Assembly: GCA_041175505.1 (NCBI GenBank)
Contig: JBEDET010000001.1
Span: 45,733 to 109,732 of the forward strand
Reading direction: 5' to 3'
Length of the DNA stretch: 64,000 nt
Source of the DNA: Pseudomonadota bacterium
Lineage (GTDB): Bacteria; Pseudomonadota; Alphaproteobacteria; Sphingomonadales; Sphingomonadaceae
The translations under genes and the position numbers were made by a program. The notes beneath the pieces are model-generated. The model saw only the letters and a list, made by a program, of their open reading frames with translations, was not told the origin of the DNA and made no database searches. Below, in pieces: positions 1 to 11,379 of this stretch. Positions within the stretch are counted from its first letter, which is position 1, and each line of letters starts with the position of its first letter.

Positions 1-111
1 CTCGGCGCGGCAAAGGGCAGTGAAATTACCATTCACGTCGAAGGCGAACAGGCAGAGCCCGCGATTGAAAAGCTCATCGGGCTGGTTGTCGACGGCTTTG
101 GCGAAGACTGA
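1..111 (+). CDS. ptsH: HPr/NPr-family phosphocarrier protein, 3' end only (cut by window edge)
   Basis: Frame 1 reads LGAAKGSEITIHVEGEQAEPAIEKLIGLVVDGFGED*, which resembles an HPr C-terminus. Its TGA overlaps the next ATG (TGATG). Confidence 0.8.
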   Translation, partial: LGAAKGSEITIHVEGEQAEPAIEKLIGLVVDGFGED

Positions 112-923
112 TGCGCCGTGAGATTACCGGATTTTCCAATCCCCTTCTGAAGGAAATCCGCGGACTGCGGGAAAAGAAATTGCGGAAACGCGCCGGGCTG
201 TTTCTTGCCGAAGGCCTCCGCATTATGACGGAAGCCCGCGAAGCTGGTTTTCTCCCCGAAATGCTGTTCCGGGTCAAAGATCGGCCCGTACACGCGCTGG
301 AAATCGCGCTTGAGGACGAGGTTCTGCGCAACGGCGGGGACGTGATTGAAACCAGCGCCGAAATCATGGCAAAATTGTCCGGTAAAGATAACGCGCAGGC
401 GGTCGTCGGTGTCTATCGTGACCATGGCACCGCGCTTGCCGATATAGAGCGCGCGACCGCGCCAATCTGGCTCGTGGCGCAAGCGATGCGTGACCCGGGC
501 AATTTGGGAACAATGTTGCGGACCGGTGACGCTGTCGGCGCCGGCGGGCTTATCCTCATTGATGACTGCACCGACCCGTTTTCCGTTGAGGCCGTCCGCG
601 CGAGCATGGGCGCGGTTTTCACGCAAAAGATCGTTCAGTGCCGATGGGACGAGTTTATCACGTGGTTGCGCGCGGGCGATGGTCAGCTGGTCGGCACAAG
701 CCTGCAAACCGATACGGATTATCAGGCTGCGCACTACAGTAGCCCTTGCTTCATCCTGACGGGCAACGAAGCACAGGGTCTACCCGACGATTATGAAGCT
801 CAGTGCGACCTGCTCGTCAAAATGCCGATGCATGGCAAGGCAGACAGCTTAAACGCGGCGGTGGCCACGGCGGTCATGGCGTATGAAGTGCTGAACCAGT
901 TTCGCCGTCCAGCGCGCGACTGA
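111..923 (+). CDS. TrmH/SpoU-family RNA methyltransferase
   Basis: SPOUT motifs DPGNLGTMLRT, GNEAQGL and IVKMPM..DSLNAAVA-like C-terminus (KMPMHGKADSLNAAVA). Confidence 0.92.
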   Translation: MRREITGFSNPLLKEIRGLREKKLRKRAGLFLAEGLRIMTEAREAGFLPEMLFRVKDRPVHALEIALEDEVLRNGGDVIETSAEIMAKLSGKDNAQAVVGVYRDHGTALADIERATAPIWLVAQAMRDPGNLGTMLRTGDAVGAGGLILIDDCTDPFSVEAVRASMGAVFTQKIVQCRWDEFITWLRAGDGQLVGTSLQTDTDYQAAHYSSPCFILTGNEAQGLPDDYEAQCDLLVKMPMHGKADSLNAAVATAVMAYEVLNQFRRPARD

Positions 924-938
924 CATTCGCCGGAGCTA

Positions 939-2282
939 TCACTCCGCCGCTTCGCGTCCGTCGGCAATTTGCGCGTTGCCTTCGTCATCACCATAACGCG
1001 GCAGCGCCTCAACCGACGGGATATCTTCCAATTCGCGCTTGCCGGTTTCGACATTGAGCTCCGCAAATTTCCGACCCGTCGACATGACATTGCGTTCAAA
1101 ACTGCCCACGAACTTATTATAATTATTCACCGCCGAGGACAGCCCGCTGCCCACCGATTTCAGATGCTGCGCGGCAACGGCAATGCGGTCGTACATTTCC
1201 TTGCCAAGCGCACCAATCTGTTTGGCTTCACGCGCGAGGCCCTCTTGCCGCCACACGCTGGCAACGGTGCGCGCAATCGCAACCAGATTGGTCGGCGTCG
1301 CCAACAACACCTTCTTATCAAAGGCGAAGTCCCACAATTGCGGTTCATGCTCGAGCGCAGCCGCCAGAAAATGTTCGCCCGGGACAAACATAATCACATA
1401 ATCGGGCGCGTCCTCAAACTGGTCCCAATAGGCTTTGCGCGACAAGCCATCGATGTGGTTTTTCATGGACTGTGTGTGCCGCGTCATGGCGACGGCGCGG
1501 ACGTCGTCATCCACGGAGGCAAATGCGTCTTGGTAATCGTTCAAAGACACCTTGGCATCGATAACCAACGTCCGTCCGCCCGGCACGTGAATGATCGCGT
1601 CGGGCCGCAGGCGAAGGCCATCACCTGCATCAATGCTGGTTTCCAGATCAAAATCGACATGTTCCGATAAGCCGCAGCTTTCCAATACATTCTTCAACTG
1701 CTGCTCGCCCCAGCGGCCCCGCGCTTTCGGCGCATTGCGCAATGAGTTCATTAGGCCAGAGGCAACGTTGGAAACGCGCTCCTGCCCAAGCCGCATTTCG
1801 CCAATCAACCCCTTCAGATCGCCATAAGCTTCCGTGCGGTCTTTCTCGATTTTGCCGACTTGCTCTTCATAAGCTTTCAGCTTGTCACCCACTGGTCCCA
1901 AAAGCTGCTTCAATCGTTCTTCATTCTTTTCACCGGCCTGATGAAAGCGTTCATCGGCGCGTTGAAGAAAGGCCGCTTGCGCCTCGCCCAACAGTTTTTG
2001 GCCAATCTCGCCAAACTGCGCCGACAAGGTTTCTTTTGCCTGACCGAGCACGGCTATTTGTTCGTCAAACCCGCGTTCACGCTCTTCTAGGCTGGTTTCC
2101 AAGCGCGCCAATCGGTCCTTTGCGCTGTCACGCTCCACCACGACCTGATCGAGCATGGAACGCAGTTGCACGGTGGTTTCCTGCCCTGCCCGGCTTTCAC
2201 GCCCGCCTGCAAACCAGCCGAGGACAAGCCCGACCAGCAAAGTAAGCACAACAATGACGATGACGACTAACGGCTCCAACAC
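939..2282 (-). CDS. rmuC: DNA recombination protein RmuC
   Basis: N-terminal TM helix, coiled coil, RGRWGEQQL, RPDAII, VIDAK, DYVIMFVPGE and ATPTNL motifs. Confidence 0.95.
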   Translation of the reverse strand: MLEPLVVIVIVVLTLLVGLVLGWFAGGRESRAGQETTVQLRSMLDQVVVERDSAKDRLARLETSLEERERGFDEQIAVLGQAKETLSAQFGEIGQKLLGEAQAAFLQRADERFHQAGEKNEERLKQLLGPVGDKLKAYEEQVGKIEKDRTEAYGDLKGLIGEMRLGQERVSNVASGLMNSLRNAPKARGRWGEQQLKNVLESCGLSEHVDFDLETSIDAGDGLRLRPDAIIHVPGGRTLVIDAKVSLNDYQDAFASVDDDVRAVAMTRHTQSMKNHIDGLSRKAYWDQFEDAPDYVIMFVPGEHFLAAALEHEPQLWDFAFDKKVLLATPTNLVAIARTVASVWRQEGLAREAKQIGALGKEMYDRIAVAAQHLKSVGSGLSSAVNNYNKFVGSFERNVMSTGRKFAELNVETGKRELEDIPSVEALPRYGDDEGNAQIADGREAAE

Positions 2283-2297
2283 AGCACTCCAAATATA

Positions 2298-2312
2298 GAA
2301 CGAATGCGGAAC
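2298..2312 (-). promoter_or_regulatory. Alphaproteobacterial LexA (SOS) box upstream of rmuC
   Basis: GAAC-GAATGCG-GAAC on + (GTTC-N7-GTTC on -), 16 bp upstream of the rmuC start. Confidence 0.75.
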
Positions 2313-2333
2313 ATAGCCTATGGCAGGCTTAGG

Positions 2334-3101
2334 TCAAGCGGCTTCGGTTTGCGCCCGCCGTGCCTTTTTTACGCGCGCATAGCTCATGGCGCTAAACGGT
2401 AGCAGCCCTGCATAAACTATTGTCGCCCCGATCATCGCAACCCAAGGGGCAGCAACCAAGGTCGCGGTAAACAAACCAACAGTGGCGAGTGCCATAAAGC
2501 GCAGGCTGCGACGAACCTTGATCGACGACCAGCTGTAGGTGGCGACGTTGGAAACCATCAACACGGCGCAGACAAGCAACCACGGCCCAAGAAAGCGATA
2601 GTCGCGTACCCATTCTGCACCGGTTTCGAACCAAATCATCATCGGCAGCAAGGCCAGCGCCGCACCCGGCGGCGATGGGACGCCAGTGTTAAATCCCGCC
2701 AATTTATGCGGCTGGTCTTCGGTATCAATGCGCGCATTAAAACGCGCAAGCCGCAACGCAGCACACAATACGAAGAATACAGAGATGGTCCAGCCGAAGC
2801 GCGGCATATCCTGCAGCACCCACATATACATGACAAGCGCCGGAGTTGCGCCGAAAGCAATCACATCGGACAGCGAATCCAGCTCCGCGCCAAAACGGCT
2901 TTCGCCTTTCAACATCCGGGCGATGCGGCCATCCATGACATCAAGCACACCTGCAATAACCATCGCGGCGACAGCATTTTCCCAACGGCCCTGCATTGCA
3001 AACCATGCCCCCGAGAGGCCAGTGCACAACGCAAGAGCGGTGATCGCATTTGGTGCGAGCGCCCGCAAAGGAATACCGGGGCGTGAGGGAAAATCGTTCA
3101 T
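2334..3101 (-). CDS. pssA: CDP-diacylglycerol--serine O-phosphatidyltransferase
   Basis: PNAIT and the CDP-alcohol phosphotransferase motif DVMDGRIAR...FGAELDSLSD. It overlaps psd. Confidence 0.93.
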   Translation of the reverse strand: MNDFPSRPGIPLRALAPNAITALALCTGLSGAWFAMQGRWENAVAAMVIAGVLDVMDGRIARMLKGESRFGAELDSLSDVIAFGATPALVMYMWVLQDMPRFGWTISVFFVLCAALRLARFNARIDTEDQPHKLAGFNTGVPSPPGAALALLPMMIWFETGAEWVRDYRFLGPWLLVCAVLMVSNVATYSWSSIKVRRSLRFMALATVGLFTATLVAAPWVAMIGATIVYAGLLPFSAMSYARVKKARRAQTEAA

Positions 3102-3835
3102 TAGTGTGCGACGGCAATCAAATCTTGGTCAACACCCAAGTCCGCAATAACCGTTTCGCCAGCAACGCAACGCTGCCCCTTAATGACGCGCGACGATGTT
3201 CCATGCGGCAAATATACATCCACGCGGCTGCCAAAGCGGATAAGGCCAATACGTTGGCCGTTGGCAACGCTGTCGCCTTCTTTCACAAACGCAACAATAC
3301 GGCGGGCGACAAGGCCAGCAATTTGCGTAAAGCCGATACGCACGCCGTCGCTGCGTTCCACGAGGAAGTGCTGGCGTTCGTTTTCTTCGCTCGCTTTATC
3401 CAAGTCAGCGTTCAAAAACTTACCTGCAATGTACACAACGCGTTTGATCGTGCCGCGGATAGGCGTCCGGTTAATATGAACGTCAAAAACGCTCATGAAG
3501 ATAGAAACCCTGGTCATCGGCTGATCGCCCAGACCGTCTGGCCCGCGCAATTCTGCCGGCGGCAGGACTTGTTCAATCAAGGTGACAAGGCCATCTGCTG
3601 GCGAAACCACAAAGCGGTCGTCGATAGGGGTTGCACGGACTGGATCGCGAAAGAAAGCGAGTGTCCATATGGTCACTGCGCCCATGGGCCATGCGAGCGT
3701 TTCCCATGCCATAAATGCAAAAAACAGGGTGATACCAGCTGCGATCAGGCCGAATTTACGGCCTTCAGGGTGAACAGGTGGAAACGACCATTTCGCGACC
3801 CCCGTGCCCCGGTTTGTCAGTTCTTGTCTACTCAT
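3101..3835 (-). CDS. psd: Phosphatidylserine decarboxylase (short type)
   Basis: [24 protein letters not shown] and the IRFGSRVD cleavage motif. Confidence 0.95.
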   Translation of the reverse strand: MSRQELTNRGTGVAKWSFPPVHPEGRKFGLIAAGITLFFAFMAWETLAWPMGAVTIWTLAFFRDPVRATPIDDRFVVSPADGLVTLIEQVLPPAELRGPDGLGDQPMTRVSIFMSVFDVHINRTPIRGTIKRVVYIAGKFLNADLDKASEENERQHFLVERSDGVRIGFTQIAGLVARRIVAFVKEGDSVANGQRIGLIRFGSRVDVYLPHGTSSRVIKGQRCVAGETVIADLGVDQDLIAVAH

Positions 3836-3986
3836 AGACTTTAGCTAGGGGATGACGGTGCATATGACAACCTTTGATGCCGTTTCCGGCAATTTCCGAC
3901 AATTACGGTAGCCAGTTGAACATATGGCAGACTTTGCTATGGCACCGTTCAATATCAAGTCTCCCCAATGGAAAGTGCTTTCTGAC

Positions 3987-5207
3987 ATGGCAAAAATTAA
4001 GGTCAAAAATCCGGTTGTAGAACTCGATGGCGACGAAATGACTCGCATCATCTGGGAATGGATCAGGGAACGTCTCATCCTGCCATATCTCGATATTGAC
4101 CTGAAATATTACGACCTTGGCATGGAATATCGCGACAAGACCAACGACAAGGTCACAGTTGATTCCGCCAACGCAATCCGTGAATTCGGCGTCGGCGTAA
4201 AATGCGCGACCATCACACCCGATGAAGCGCGCGTGGAAGAGTTCGGCCTGCAGAAAATGTGGAAGTCGCCAAACGGCACCATCCGCAATATCTTGGGCGG
4301 CGTTGTTTTCCGTGAACCCATCGTCATCGAAAATGTCCCACGCCTTATTCCGGGCTGGACGGACCCAATCGTGATCGGCCGCCATGCATTTGGTGACCAG
4401 TATCGCGCGACCGATTTCCTCGTTCCTGGCCCAGGCACATTGCGTCTCGTTTGGGACGGCGACGATGGCCAAAAAATTGACGAAGAAGTGTTCCGTTATC
4501 CGTCACCGGGCGTTGCCCTTGCGATGTACAATCTCGACGATTCGATTCGTGATTTTGCCCGCGCTTCGCTGAACTATGGCGTGACCCGCGAATGGCCCGT
4601 GTATCTGTCGACCAAGAACACCATCCTGAAATATTATGATGGCCGCTTTAAGGACCTGTTCCAAGAAGTGTACGAAGCCGAATTTGCCGAAAAGTTCAAA
4701 GAGCTCGGCATTGTGTACGAGCATCGCTTGATCGATGACATGGTCGCGTCTGCGCTTAAGTGGTCGGGCAAGTTCATCTGGGCGTGCAAAAACTATGATG
4801 GCGATGTCCAGTCTGACCAAGTCGCACAAGGATTTGGTTCGCTTGGATTGATGACGTCGATTCTGATGACACCAGATGGCAAGACCGTTGAGGCCGAAGC
4901 CGCACATGGTACCGTAACGCGCCATTTCCGCCAGCATCAGCAGGGCAAGGCAACATCGACCAACCCGATTGCGTCGATCTTTGCATGGACCGGCGGTCTG
5001 AAATTCCGTGGCAAGTTTGACGAAACGCCTGAAGTGACCCGCTTTGCCGAAACGCTTGAAGAAGTGTGCATCCAGACGGTTGAAGACGGCCATATGACAA
5101 AGGATCTCGCGATCCTCATTGGTCCAGACCAGGCATGGATGACGACCGAGCAGTTCTTTGAACAGGTTCGCGCCAACCTCGAAATCAAAATGGGCAGCTG
5201 GCAGTAA
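3987..5207 (+). CDS. icd: NADP-dependent isocitrate dehydrogenase
   Basis: [29 protein letters not shown] and [12 protein letters not shown]. Start set at the ATG at 3987. Confidence 0.97.
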   Translation: MAKIKVKNPVVELDGDEMTRIIWEWIRERLILPYLDIDLKYYDLGMEYRDKTNDKVTVDSANAIREFGVGVKCATITPDEARVEEFGLQKMWKSPNGTIRNILGGVVFREPIVIENVPRLIPGWTDPIVIGRHAFGDQYRATDFLVPGPGTLRLVWDGDDGQKIDEEVFRYPSPGVALAMYNLDDSIRDFARASLNYGVTREWPVYLSTKNTILKYYDGRFKDLFQEVYEAEFAEKFKELGIVYEHRLIDDMVASALKWSGKFIWACKNYDGDVQSDQVAQGFGSLGLMTSILMTPDGKTVEAEAAHGTVTRHFRQHQQGKATSTNPIASIFAWTGGLKFRGKFDETPEVTRFAETLEEVCIQTVEDGHMTKDLAILIGPDQAWMTTEQFFEQVRANLEIKMGSWQ

Positions 5208-5228
5208 AAGCAAGCGCATAAGTACAAC

Positions 5229-5259
5229 AAAGCGCGGGGGGCGACCTCCGCGCTTTTTT
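5229..5259 (+). terminator. Intrinsic terminator after icd
   Basis: AAAGCGCGGGGG-GCGA-CCTCCGCGCTTT followed by a T run. Confidence 0.85.
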
Positions 5260-5307
5260 ATTGTCCTGTCCTTCCCTTTTCATGCTGCATTGGCGTACAA
5301 GGTGCAC

Positions 5308-7068
5308 ATGGCAGGCGAACTACACGGCGAAAGCATCAGCGATCTGCTCGTCATTCTGGGCGCAGCGGGCATCGTCATCCCGGCGTTCGCCCGCTTTCGC
5401 ATCACACCCATTATCGGTTTCATCTTGGTGGGGATACTTGTCGGGCCAATGGGCCTTGGCACCTTGGTGGAACGCTATCCATTGCTTGAATGGGTTACCA
5501 TTACCAATCCAGAGGCCATTCGGCCGATTGGCGAATATGGTATTATCCTTTTGCTGTTCTCGATTGGCCTCGAACTGTCCTTTCGGCGATTGTGGAAGAT
5601 GCGGCGGTTGGTTTTTGGCGTGGGCGCAGCGCAATTGTTCGTCGCGGGGCTCATCATTGCCGCGGGGCTTTTGCTATTTGGCTATAACCTGACGGCTGCG
5701 ATTGGGATCGGCATTGCGCTGGCGCTTTCATCGACTGCGCTTGTGCTGCCGATATCGGGCACGCATTCTGCCGTTGGCAAATCGGCGCTAGCGATGTTGC
5801 TTTTCGAAGATCTTGCCATCGTCCCGATCATCTTCGTCCTGGGCGCGCTGGCACCACAAGCGGGTTCGGATTCGTGGGAGGGCATTCTCACTGTGCTTTG
5901 GCAGGGCACATTGGTGATCGTCGGCATGCTTGTGCTTGGCCGTTTCGCCCTGCCCCGCCTGTTCGGACAAGCCGCGCGTACCAAAAGCCCTGAGCTATTT
6001 GTATCGGTCAGCTTGCTGGTGGTGATCGTGGCAAGCCTCGCGACGGGTGCGGTTGGCCTTTCGCCCATCGTTGGCGCAATGATCGCTGGCTTGTTAATTG
6101 CCGAGACGGACTATCATACCGAAGTCGAAGTCATGACCGCGCCGTTCAAGGGGCTGGCGCTGGGTGTGTTTCTGATCAGCATCGGCATGCAGGTTGATTT
6201 ACGCTTCGTCGCGGCCAATTGGGCGGCGCTGGTTGGCGCGGTTGCCAGCGTCGTTCTGATAAAGGCGGCGGTTACCGCAGGCCTACTGAAATTGAACGGT
6301 GCACGCACAGGGACCGCGACCGAGACAGGCGTGCTGATGGGAAGCCCATCCGAAACCACGCTCATTGTGCTGGGTGCAGCCGGCGCGGCGCAGATCATTG
6401 ACGCCGAGACCATCAATTTCTGGCAAGTCGCAACGGCAATTGGTTTAACCATTACACCAATATTGGCGCGCATCGGCCACGACATGGCGCGCCGAATTGA
6501 ACTGCGCGAGACCGATGACGAAGTGCATGAACAAGACCCGACGCAGGAACCGCGGACGGTTGTTATTGGCTTTGGCCGAGTCGGTCATTTGGTGGCCGAC
6601 ATGCTCACGACGCATGGGCAGCCTTATGTCGCGGTAGAATCCAATATGGATGCAGTCACGGAGGCGCGGCGTGGTGGCTATAAAGTTATCTTTGGCGACA
6701 TCTCACGGCCCGAAACTTTGGACAAGCTAAGCCTTGGCCACGCAAAGGCGCTTATCCTGACCATGGATCAACCGGTGCTGGCCGAACATATCGTTAAGCG
6801 CGTCCGCCAGTGGTTGCCGGATATAACCATCGTCGCGCGCGCGCGTGACGCAGACCATGCCGCGCGACTATATCAGGCCGGGGCAACCGATGCCGTTCCA
6901 GAAACGCTGGAAAGCTCGTTACAGCTATCGGAAGCGGTGCTTGTCGACCTCGGCGTGGCCATGGGCCCCGTGATCGCATCGATCCACGAAAAGCGTGACG
7001 AATTCCGGCGGCAGATCAAAGAAGCCGGCGGCCTCGACGAGGCCCCCAAGCTCAAGCTTACCTCTTAA
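5308..7068 (+). CDS. CPA2-family cation:proton antiporter with C-terminal KTN (TrkA-N) domain (KefC-like)
   Basis: About 12 hydrophobic helices, LSSTA and LLFEDL motifs, then a VIGFGRVG Rossmann motif. Start set at the ATG at 5308. Confidence 0.9.
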   Translation: MAGELHGESISDLLVILGAAGIVIPAFARFRITPIIGFILVGILVGPMGLGTLVERYPLLEWVTITNPEAIRPIGEYGIILLLFSIGLELSFRRLWKMRRLVFGVGAAQLFVAGLIIAAGLLLFGYNLTAAIGIGIALALSSTALVLPISGTHSAVGKSALAMLLFEDLAIVPIIFVLGALAPQAGSDSWEGILTVLWQGTLVIVGMLVLGRFALPRLFGQAARTKSPELFVSVSLLVVIVASLATGAVGLSPIVGAMIAGLLIAETDYHTEVEVMTAPFKGLALGVFLISIGMQVDLRFVAANWAALVGAVASVVLIKAAVTAGLLKLNGARTGTATETGVLMGSPSETTLIVLGAAGAAQIIDAETINFWQVATAIGLTITPILARIGHDMARRIELRETDDEVHEQDPTQEPRTVVIGFGRVGHLVADMLTTHGQPYVAVESNMDAVTEARRGGYKVIFGDISRPETLDKLSLGHAKALILTMDQPVLAEHIVKRVRQWLPDITIVARARDADHAARLYQAGATDAVPETLESSLQLSEAVLVDLGVAMGPVIASIHEKRDEFRRQIKEAGGLDEAPKLKLTS

Positions 7069-9707
7069 CCCGCAATCTTTGCTCTGATGGCATCCAATGC
7101 CGCCTGCGCCAGCTCAGCACCAGCTGGGCCGCCACCTTGCGCCATGTCGGGACGTCCGCCGCCACCTTGCGCACCCATCGCCTCGGTCGCGGCGCGAACA
7201 AGGTCTGGAGCGGTCAGCGTGGCGTGCAGTGCGGGTGAAACCGCAACAACGACGGTGTTGCTGTTCTCGTTCGCCGCGATAATGGCGACGATGCCGCTGC
7301 CAATGGCTTTCATCTGGTCATCGGCCAAACCGCGCAGGGCCTTTGGCTCGATACCGTTGATAACTTGGCCCATGAATGTCACGTCGCCGATTGTTTCGGC
7401 TTCAGCCTTGGGACCACTGCCACCGGACAATGCGAGCGCGGTTTTGGCTTCGGAGAGTTCTTTCTCCATCCGCTTGCGGTCGTTCATCAATGTTTCGATA
7501 CGCGCGCCGACTTCATCAGGCGCGGTTTTCAGCATCGCAGCGACATTCTTCAACTGTGTTTCGCGGCCAACAAGCCACAGGCGTGCGGCCTCTCCGGTCA
7601 AGGCCTCAATCCGGCGGATGCCGCTTGCGACGGCGCCTTCAGAAATGATCGTGAACAAGGCAATGTCACCCAATGCGTTGACATGCGTGCCACCGCACAG
7701 TTCGAGGGAATAATGCGTGTCTTCGGTCTTGCCCATCGTCAGCACGCGGACTTCCTCGCCATATTTCTCGCCAAACAAGGCAAGCGCACCGGCGGCCACC
7801 GCGTCATCGGGGGTCATCAAACGCGTGGTTACGGCCTGATTACCGCGAATTTGTGCGTTCACATCGGCTTCAATCATCGCAATTTCATCAGCCGTCACCG
7901 CCTGATTATGCGAAAAGTCGAACCGCAGACGATCCGGGGCAACAAGGCTTCCCTTTTGCGTGACATGGCTGCCCAGTCTTTCACGCAAGGATGCGTGCAG
8001 CAAATGGGTTGCGCTATGGTTGGCGCGCAGGGAGTCACGGCGGGTTGTATCGATCTTCAGGGTGACAAAGTCGCCGACCTTGATCTCGCCCGTCCCAATC
8101 GTCACCTGATGCGCATGCAAACGTCCAAGCGGCTTTGCTGTGTCAGTGACTTCACCGCGCATGTTGGTGCTTGAAATAACGCCAGCGTCGCCCATCTGGC
8201 CGCCGCTTTCGCCGTAAAATGGCGTCTGGTTGGTGATGACGGTTACGCTGTCGTTTGCCACGGCAGATTGCACTTCGACGCCGTCATTGACGAGGGCGAC
8301 TACTTGCCCCTCACCTTCATTTGCGGCGTATCCTGTAAACTCTGTCGAACCAACGCGTTCGGCGATGTCGAACCAGACGTCGTCCGATGCCTTTGCGCCG
8401 GAACCTTTCCATGCGGCACGCGCCATCGCTTTTTGATTGTTCATGGCGGTTTCGAAACCGGCCTGATCAATGCCAAAGCCCTGCGCACGCAAAGCATCTT
8501 CGGTCAGGTCATATGGAAAGCCATATGTGTCATACAGTTTAAACGCGGTATCGCCGGCAAGGATGTCACCCGGCTGCATACCCGTGGTAGCTTCATCCAG
8601 CAGCTTGATACCCTTGTCCAACGTACGGCGGAACTGGGTTTCTTCCTGCTTCAACGTCGCTTCGATCATCGGCTGCGCACGCAGCAATTCGGGATAAGCC
8701 GCGCCCATTTCCGCGGCGAGGCTGCCCACCAAACGGTGCATCAACGGCTCTTTCGCGCCAAGGATGTGCGCATGGCGCATAGCGCGGCGCATGATACGGC
8801 GCAGAACATATCCGCGACCTTCATTCGACGGCATGACGCCATCGGCCAACAGGAAGCTGGTCGAGCGCAAATGGTCGGCAATCACGCGGTGGCTGGCCAT
8901 TTGCTCGCCCTGCGCCTTGGTACCGGTCAGCTCTTCCGACGCATTGATCAGCGCCTTGAACGTGTCCGTGTCGTAATTGTCGTGCACGCCCTGCATGACC
9001 GCAGCGATGCGCTCAAGCCCCATGCCGGTATCAATCGACGGCTTTGGCAAAGGCACATCGGTGCCGTCATCCTGCCGCTCGAATTGCATGAACACGAGGT
9101 TCCAGATCTCGACAAAACGGTCGCCATCTTCATCCGGGCTTCCGGGAGGGCCGCCAAAGATATGGTCTCCATGGTCATAAAAAATTTCGCTGCACGGGCC
9201 GCATGGCCCCGTGTCACCCATCGACCAGAAATTATCGTTGGTCGCGATACGGATGATGCGCTCTTCGGGAAGTCCCGCAATCTTGCGCCACAGGTCGAAC
9301 GCCTCGTCATCGGTGTGATAAACCGTCGTCGTCAGGCGCGATGGATCAAGGCCCCATTCCTTCGTCAGCAACGTCCACGCATGGGTAATCGCTTGCTCTT
9401 TGAAATAATCGCCGAACGAGAAGTTCCCGAGCATTTCAAAGAATGTGTGGTGGCGCGCCGTGTAGCCAACATTGTCCAAATCATTATGCTTGCCGCCCGC
9501 CCGCACACATTTCTGGCTTGAGGCTGCACGCGGTATTTCGCGGCTTTCAAGGCCCGTAAATACGTTTTTAAACGGCACCATGCCGGCATTGACGAACATC
9601 AATGTCGGGTCATTGTACGGCACGAGTGGCGCGGACGAGACTATGTCGTGCTGAGCAGCACCGAAATAATCAAGGAACCCGCGGCGAATATCATTGGTCG
9701 ATGTCAT
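7065..9707 (-). CDS. alaS: Alanine--tRNA ligase
   Basis: [42 protein letters not shown] and ELCGGTHV. Confidence 0.98.
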   Translation of the reverse strand: MTSTNDIRRGFLDYFGAAQHDIVSSAPLVPYNDPTLMFVNAGMVPFKNVFTGLESREIPRAASSQKCVRAGGKHNDLDNVGYTARHHTFFEMLGNFSFGDYFKEQAITHAWTLLTKEWGLDPSRLTTTVYHTDDEAFDLWRKIAGLPEERIIRIATNDNFWSMGDTGPCGPCSEIFYDHGDHIFGGPPGSPDEDGDRFVEIWNLVFMQFERQDDGTDVPLPKPSIDTGMGLERIAAVMQGVHDNYDTDTFKALINASEELTGTKAQGEQMASHRVIADHLRSTSFLLADGVMPSNEGRGYVLRRIMRRAMRHAHILGAKEPLMHRLVGSLAAEMGAAYPELLRAQPMIEATLKQEETQFRRTLDKGIKLLDEATTGMQPGDILAGDTAFKLYDTYGFPYDLTEDALRAQGFGIDQAGFETAMNNQKAMARAAWKGSGAKASDDVWFDIAERVGSTEFTGYAANEGEGQVVALVNDGVEVQSAVANDSVTVITNQTPFYGESGGQMGDAGVISSTNMRGEVTDTAKPLGRLHAHQVTIGTGEIKVGDFVTLKIDTTRRDSLRANHSATHLLHASLRERLGSHVTQKGSLVAPDRLRFDFSHNQAVTADEIAMIEADVNAQIRGNQAVTTRLMTPDDAVAAGALALFGEKYGEEVRVLTMGKTEDTHYSLELCGGTHVNALGDIALFTIISEGAVASGIRRIEALTGEAARLWLVGRETQLKNVAAMLKTAPDEVGARIETLMNDRKRMEKELSEAKTALALSGGSGPKAEAETIGDVTFMGQVINGIEPKALRGLADDQMKAIGSGIVAIIAANENSNTVVVAVSPALHATLTAPDLVRAATEAMGAQGGGGRPDMAQGGGPAGAELAQAALDAIRAKIAG

Positions 9708-9770
9708 AACGAAAGCGACTTAGGGAACGACTCGCCGCCCTGCAAGCCGGTTATGCACTTTGCCGCTCCA

Positions 9771-10397
9771 TCAGGCATAAGCATAAGGCCCGCCCTTTTC
9801 GAGCGCGCGCTGAAATGCAGGCCGCGCGTGAATTGTTTCCACAAATTTGGTGAGGTTCGGGCGGTTGGCGGCACGGCCCATTTTGACCGCAGCCTCCGCA
9901 GGAAAGCTCAACATGATGTCGGCGCCGCTTAGCGTATCGCCCACAAACCATCCGCTGGCTTTCAATCCGTCCTCCATGAACTGGAAATGGCTTTCCAATT
10001 GCTCATGAATGCGCGGGTGCAGCGGCGCGGCGGCTTCGCCCAGACGGGCCGTGTACAGGTTGAGCAAAATCGGTGTCATCGCCGAACCTTCGGCAAAATG
10101 CAGCCACTCAAGGTAACGGATATGTTGATCTGTCCCGCGTGCCGGAACAAGATGTGCGCCGTTATGACGTTCACACAGATATTCGACGATGGCCCCTGAT
10201 TCAAAAACGACATTGCCGGCGTCTTCTATCATCGGGGACTTACCCAAAGGATGTATTTTCAAAAGCGCCTCGGGCGCAAGATTGGTCACGGCATCGCGTT
10301 GGTGGTGCACAATTTCATACGGCACGTTCAATTCTTCCAAGAGCCACAAAATCCGTTGCGACCGCGAATTGTTCAAATGGTGCACTGTGATGGTCAT
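9771..10397 (-). CDS. Glutathione S-transferase family protein
   Basis: HHLNNSRSQRILWLLEEL, HPLGKSP and ESGAIVEYL. Confidence 0.93.
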   Translation of the reverse strand: MTITVHHLNNSRSQRILWLLEELNVPYEIVHHQRDAVTNLAPEALLKIHPLGKSPMIEDAGNVVFESGAIVEYLCERHNGAHLVPARGTDQHIRYLEWLHFAEGSAMTPILLNLYTARLGEAAAPLHPRIHEQLESHFQFMEDGLKASGWFVGDTLSGADIMLSFPAEAAVKMGRAANRPNLTKFVETIHARPAFQRALEKGGPYAYA

Positions 10398-10399
10398 GG

Positions 10400-11218
10400 T
10401 TATTCTCCTGAATGATTTTGATAGATACGCGCGGCGATTTCCCGAACCAGCTTTGCCCCGACGATTGCCGTAACATCGTTCAGGTCGCGTTGGGGATTAA
10501 GTTCCACGACATCCGCGCCGACAATCGCCGCATTTTGTCTGGCAAGTATCGAACGCACTTCGCGCACCGTTAGGCCACCCGGCTCCGGATGTGCCACACC
10601 CGGCGCCTCCGACGGATCAAGGCCATCGAGATCAAAGCTGATGTAGAGCGGCCCTTCAAGAACGGGAACATGCTCCGGCGAGAAATTCAGCATCGGGAGT
10701 ATTTCAACGCCATAACGCTCCGCCTGTTCGCGGCAGTGCCGGTTCAGCGTCCGGATGCCGACTTGAACAATGCGCTTTGCATGGCCGGCTTCCAATATGC
10801 GGGCAAATGGCGATGCATGGCTGCGCGGATTGCCTTCAAAATCGGCATAAATGTCGGGGTGCGCATCGAAATGCAAAATGTTGAGCGGACCATGACGCGC
10901 GGCCAGAGTCGCCACCACCGGATATGTTACCGAATGATCGCCGCCCAGCAGCAGAGGAACAGCGCCCGCATCCATCGCGTCAGCCACAGCCTTTATGATG
11001 AGCGCGTCATCCGCCGCGGTATCAACGTCCAAAAGCGGTACATCGCCGCGATCGATCAGCGCGATGTCGGTTCCTATTTCAAGGCCGCACTCGGTCGATA
11101 GGTTACCGCGATCGCTAAATATCGCATGGCGAATTGCGGCCGGTGCTGCCGCTGCGCCACGTTCGAAAGAACTGTTTTGATCTGTGGGCAAGCCAATCAG
11201 GTGAATCTGCAACGTCAT
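10400..11218 (-). CDS. Agmatinase/arginase-family (ureohydrolase) protein
   Basis: GGDHS, HFDAHPD, YISFDLDGLDP and DVVELNP metal-binding motifs. Confidence 0.9.
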   Translation of the reverse strand: MTLQIHLIGLPTDQNSSFERGAAAAPAAIRHAIFSDRGNLSTECGLEIGTDIALIDRGDVPLLDVDTAADDALIIKAVADAMDAGAVPLLLGGDHSVTYPVVATLAARHGPLNILHFDAHPDIYADFEGNPRSHASPFARILEAGHAKRIVQVGIRTLNRHCREQAERYGVEILPMLNFSPEHVPVLEGPLYISFDLDGLDPSEAPGVAHPEPGGLTVREVRSILARQNAAIVGADVVELNPQRDLNDVTAIVGAKLVREIAARIYQNHSGE

Positions 11219-11337
11219 GGATGCAGTTGTGCCCTAGCCACCCTGCCTGTCAAGAAGTCAGCGGTCCTCGCGCGCGGCTCTTCATATGTGGGTGGCAAAC
11301 AAAGTGACCCGCCCCGGGGTGGACCAGGACGGGTCGA

Positions 11338-11366
11338 AAGCAGCGGCCTCAGGCAAGGCCGCGCTT
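11338..11366 (-). terminator. Hairpin, probable terminator after recA
   Basis: GCGGCC-N8-GGCCGC stem extended by AAGC/GCTT. The U-tract is weak. Confidence 0.5.
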
Positions 11367-11379
11367 GTTCCTATATTTC

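Noticed and set aside
8268-9521. 417-aa plus-strand ORF opposite alaS
   Set aside because: Antisense shadow of a conserved gene with no recognizable motifs; expected from codon bias.
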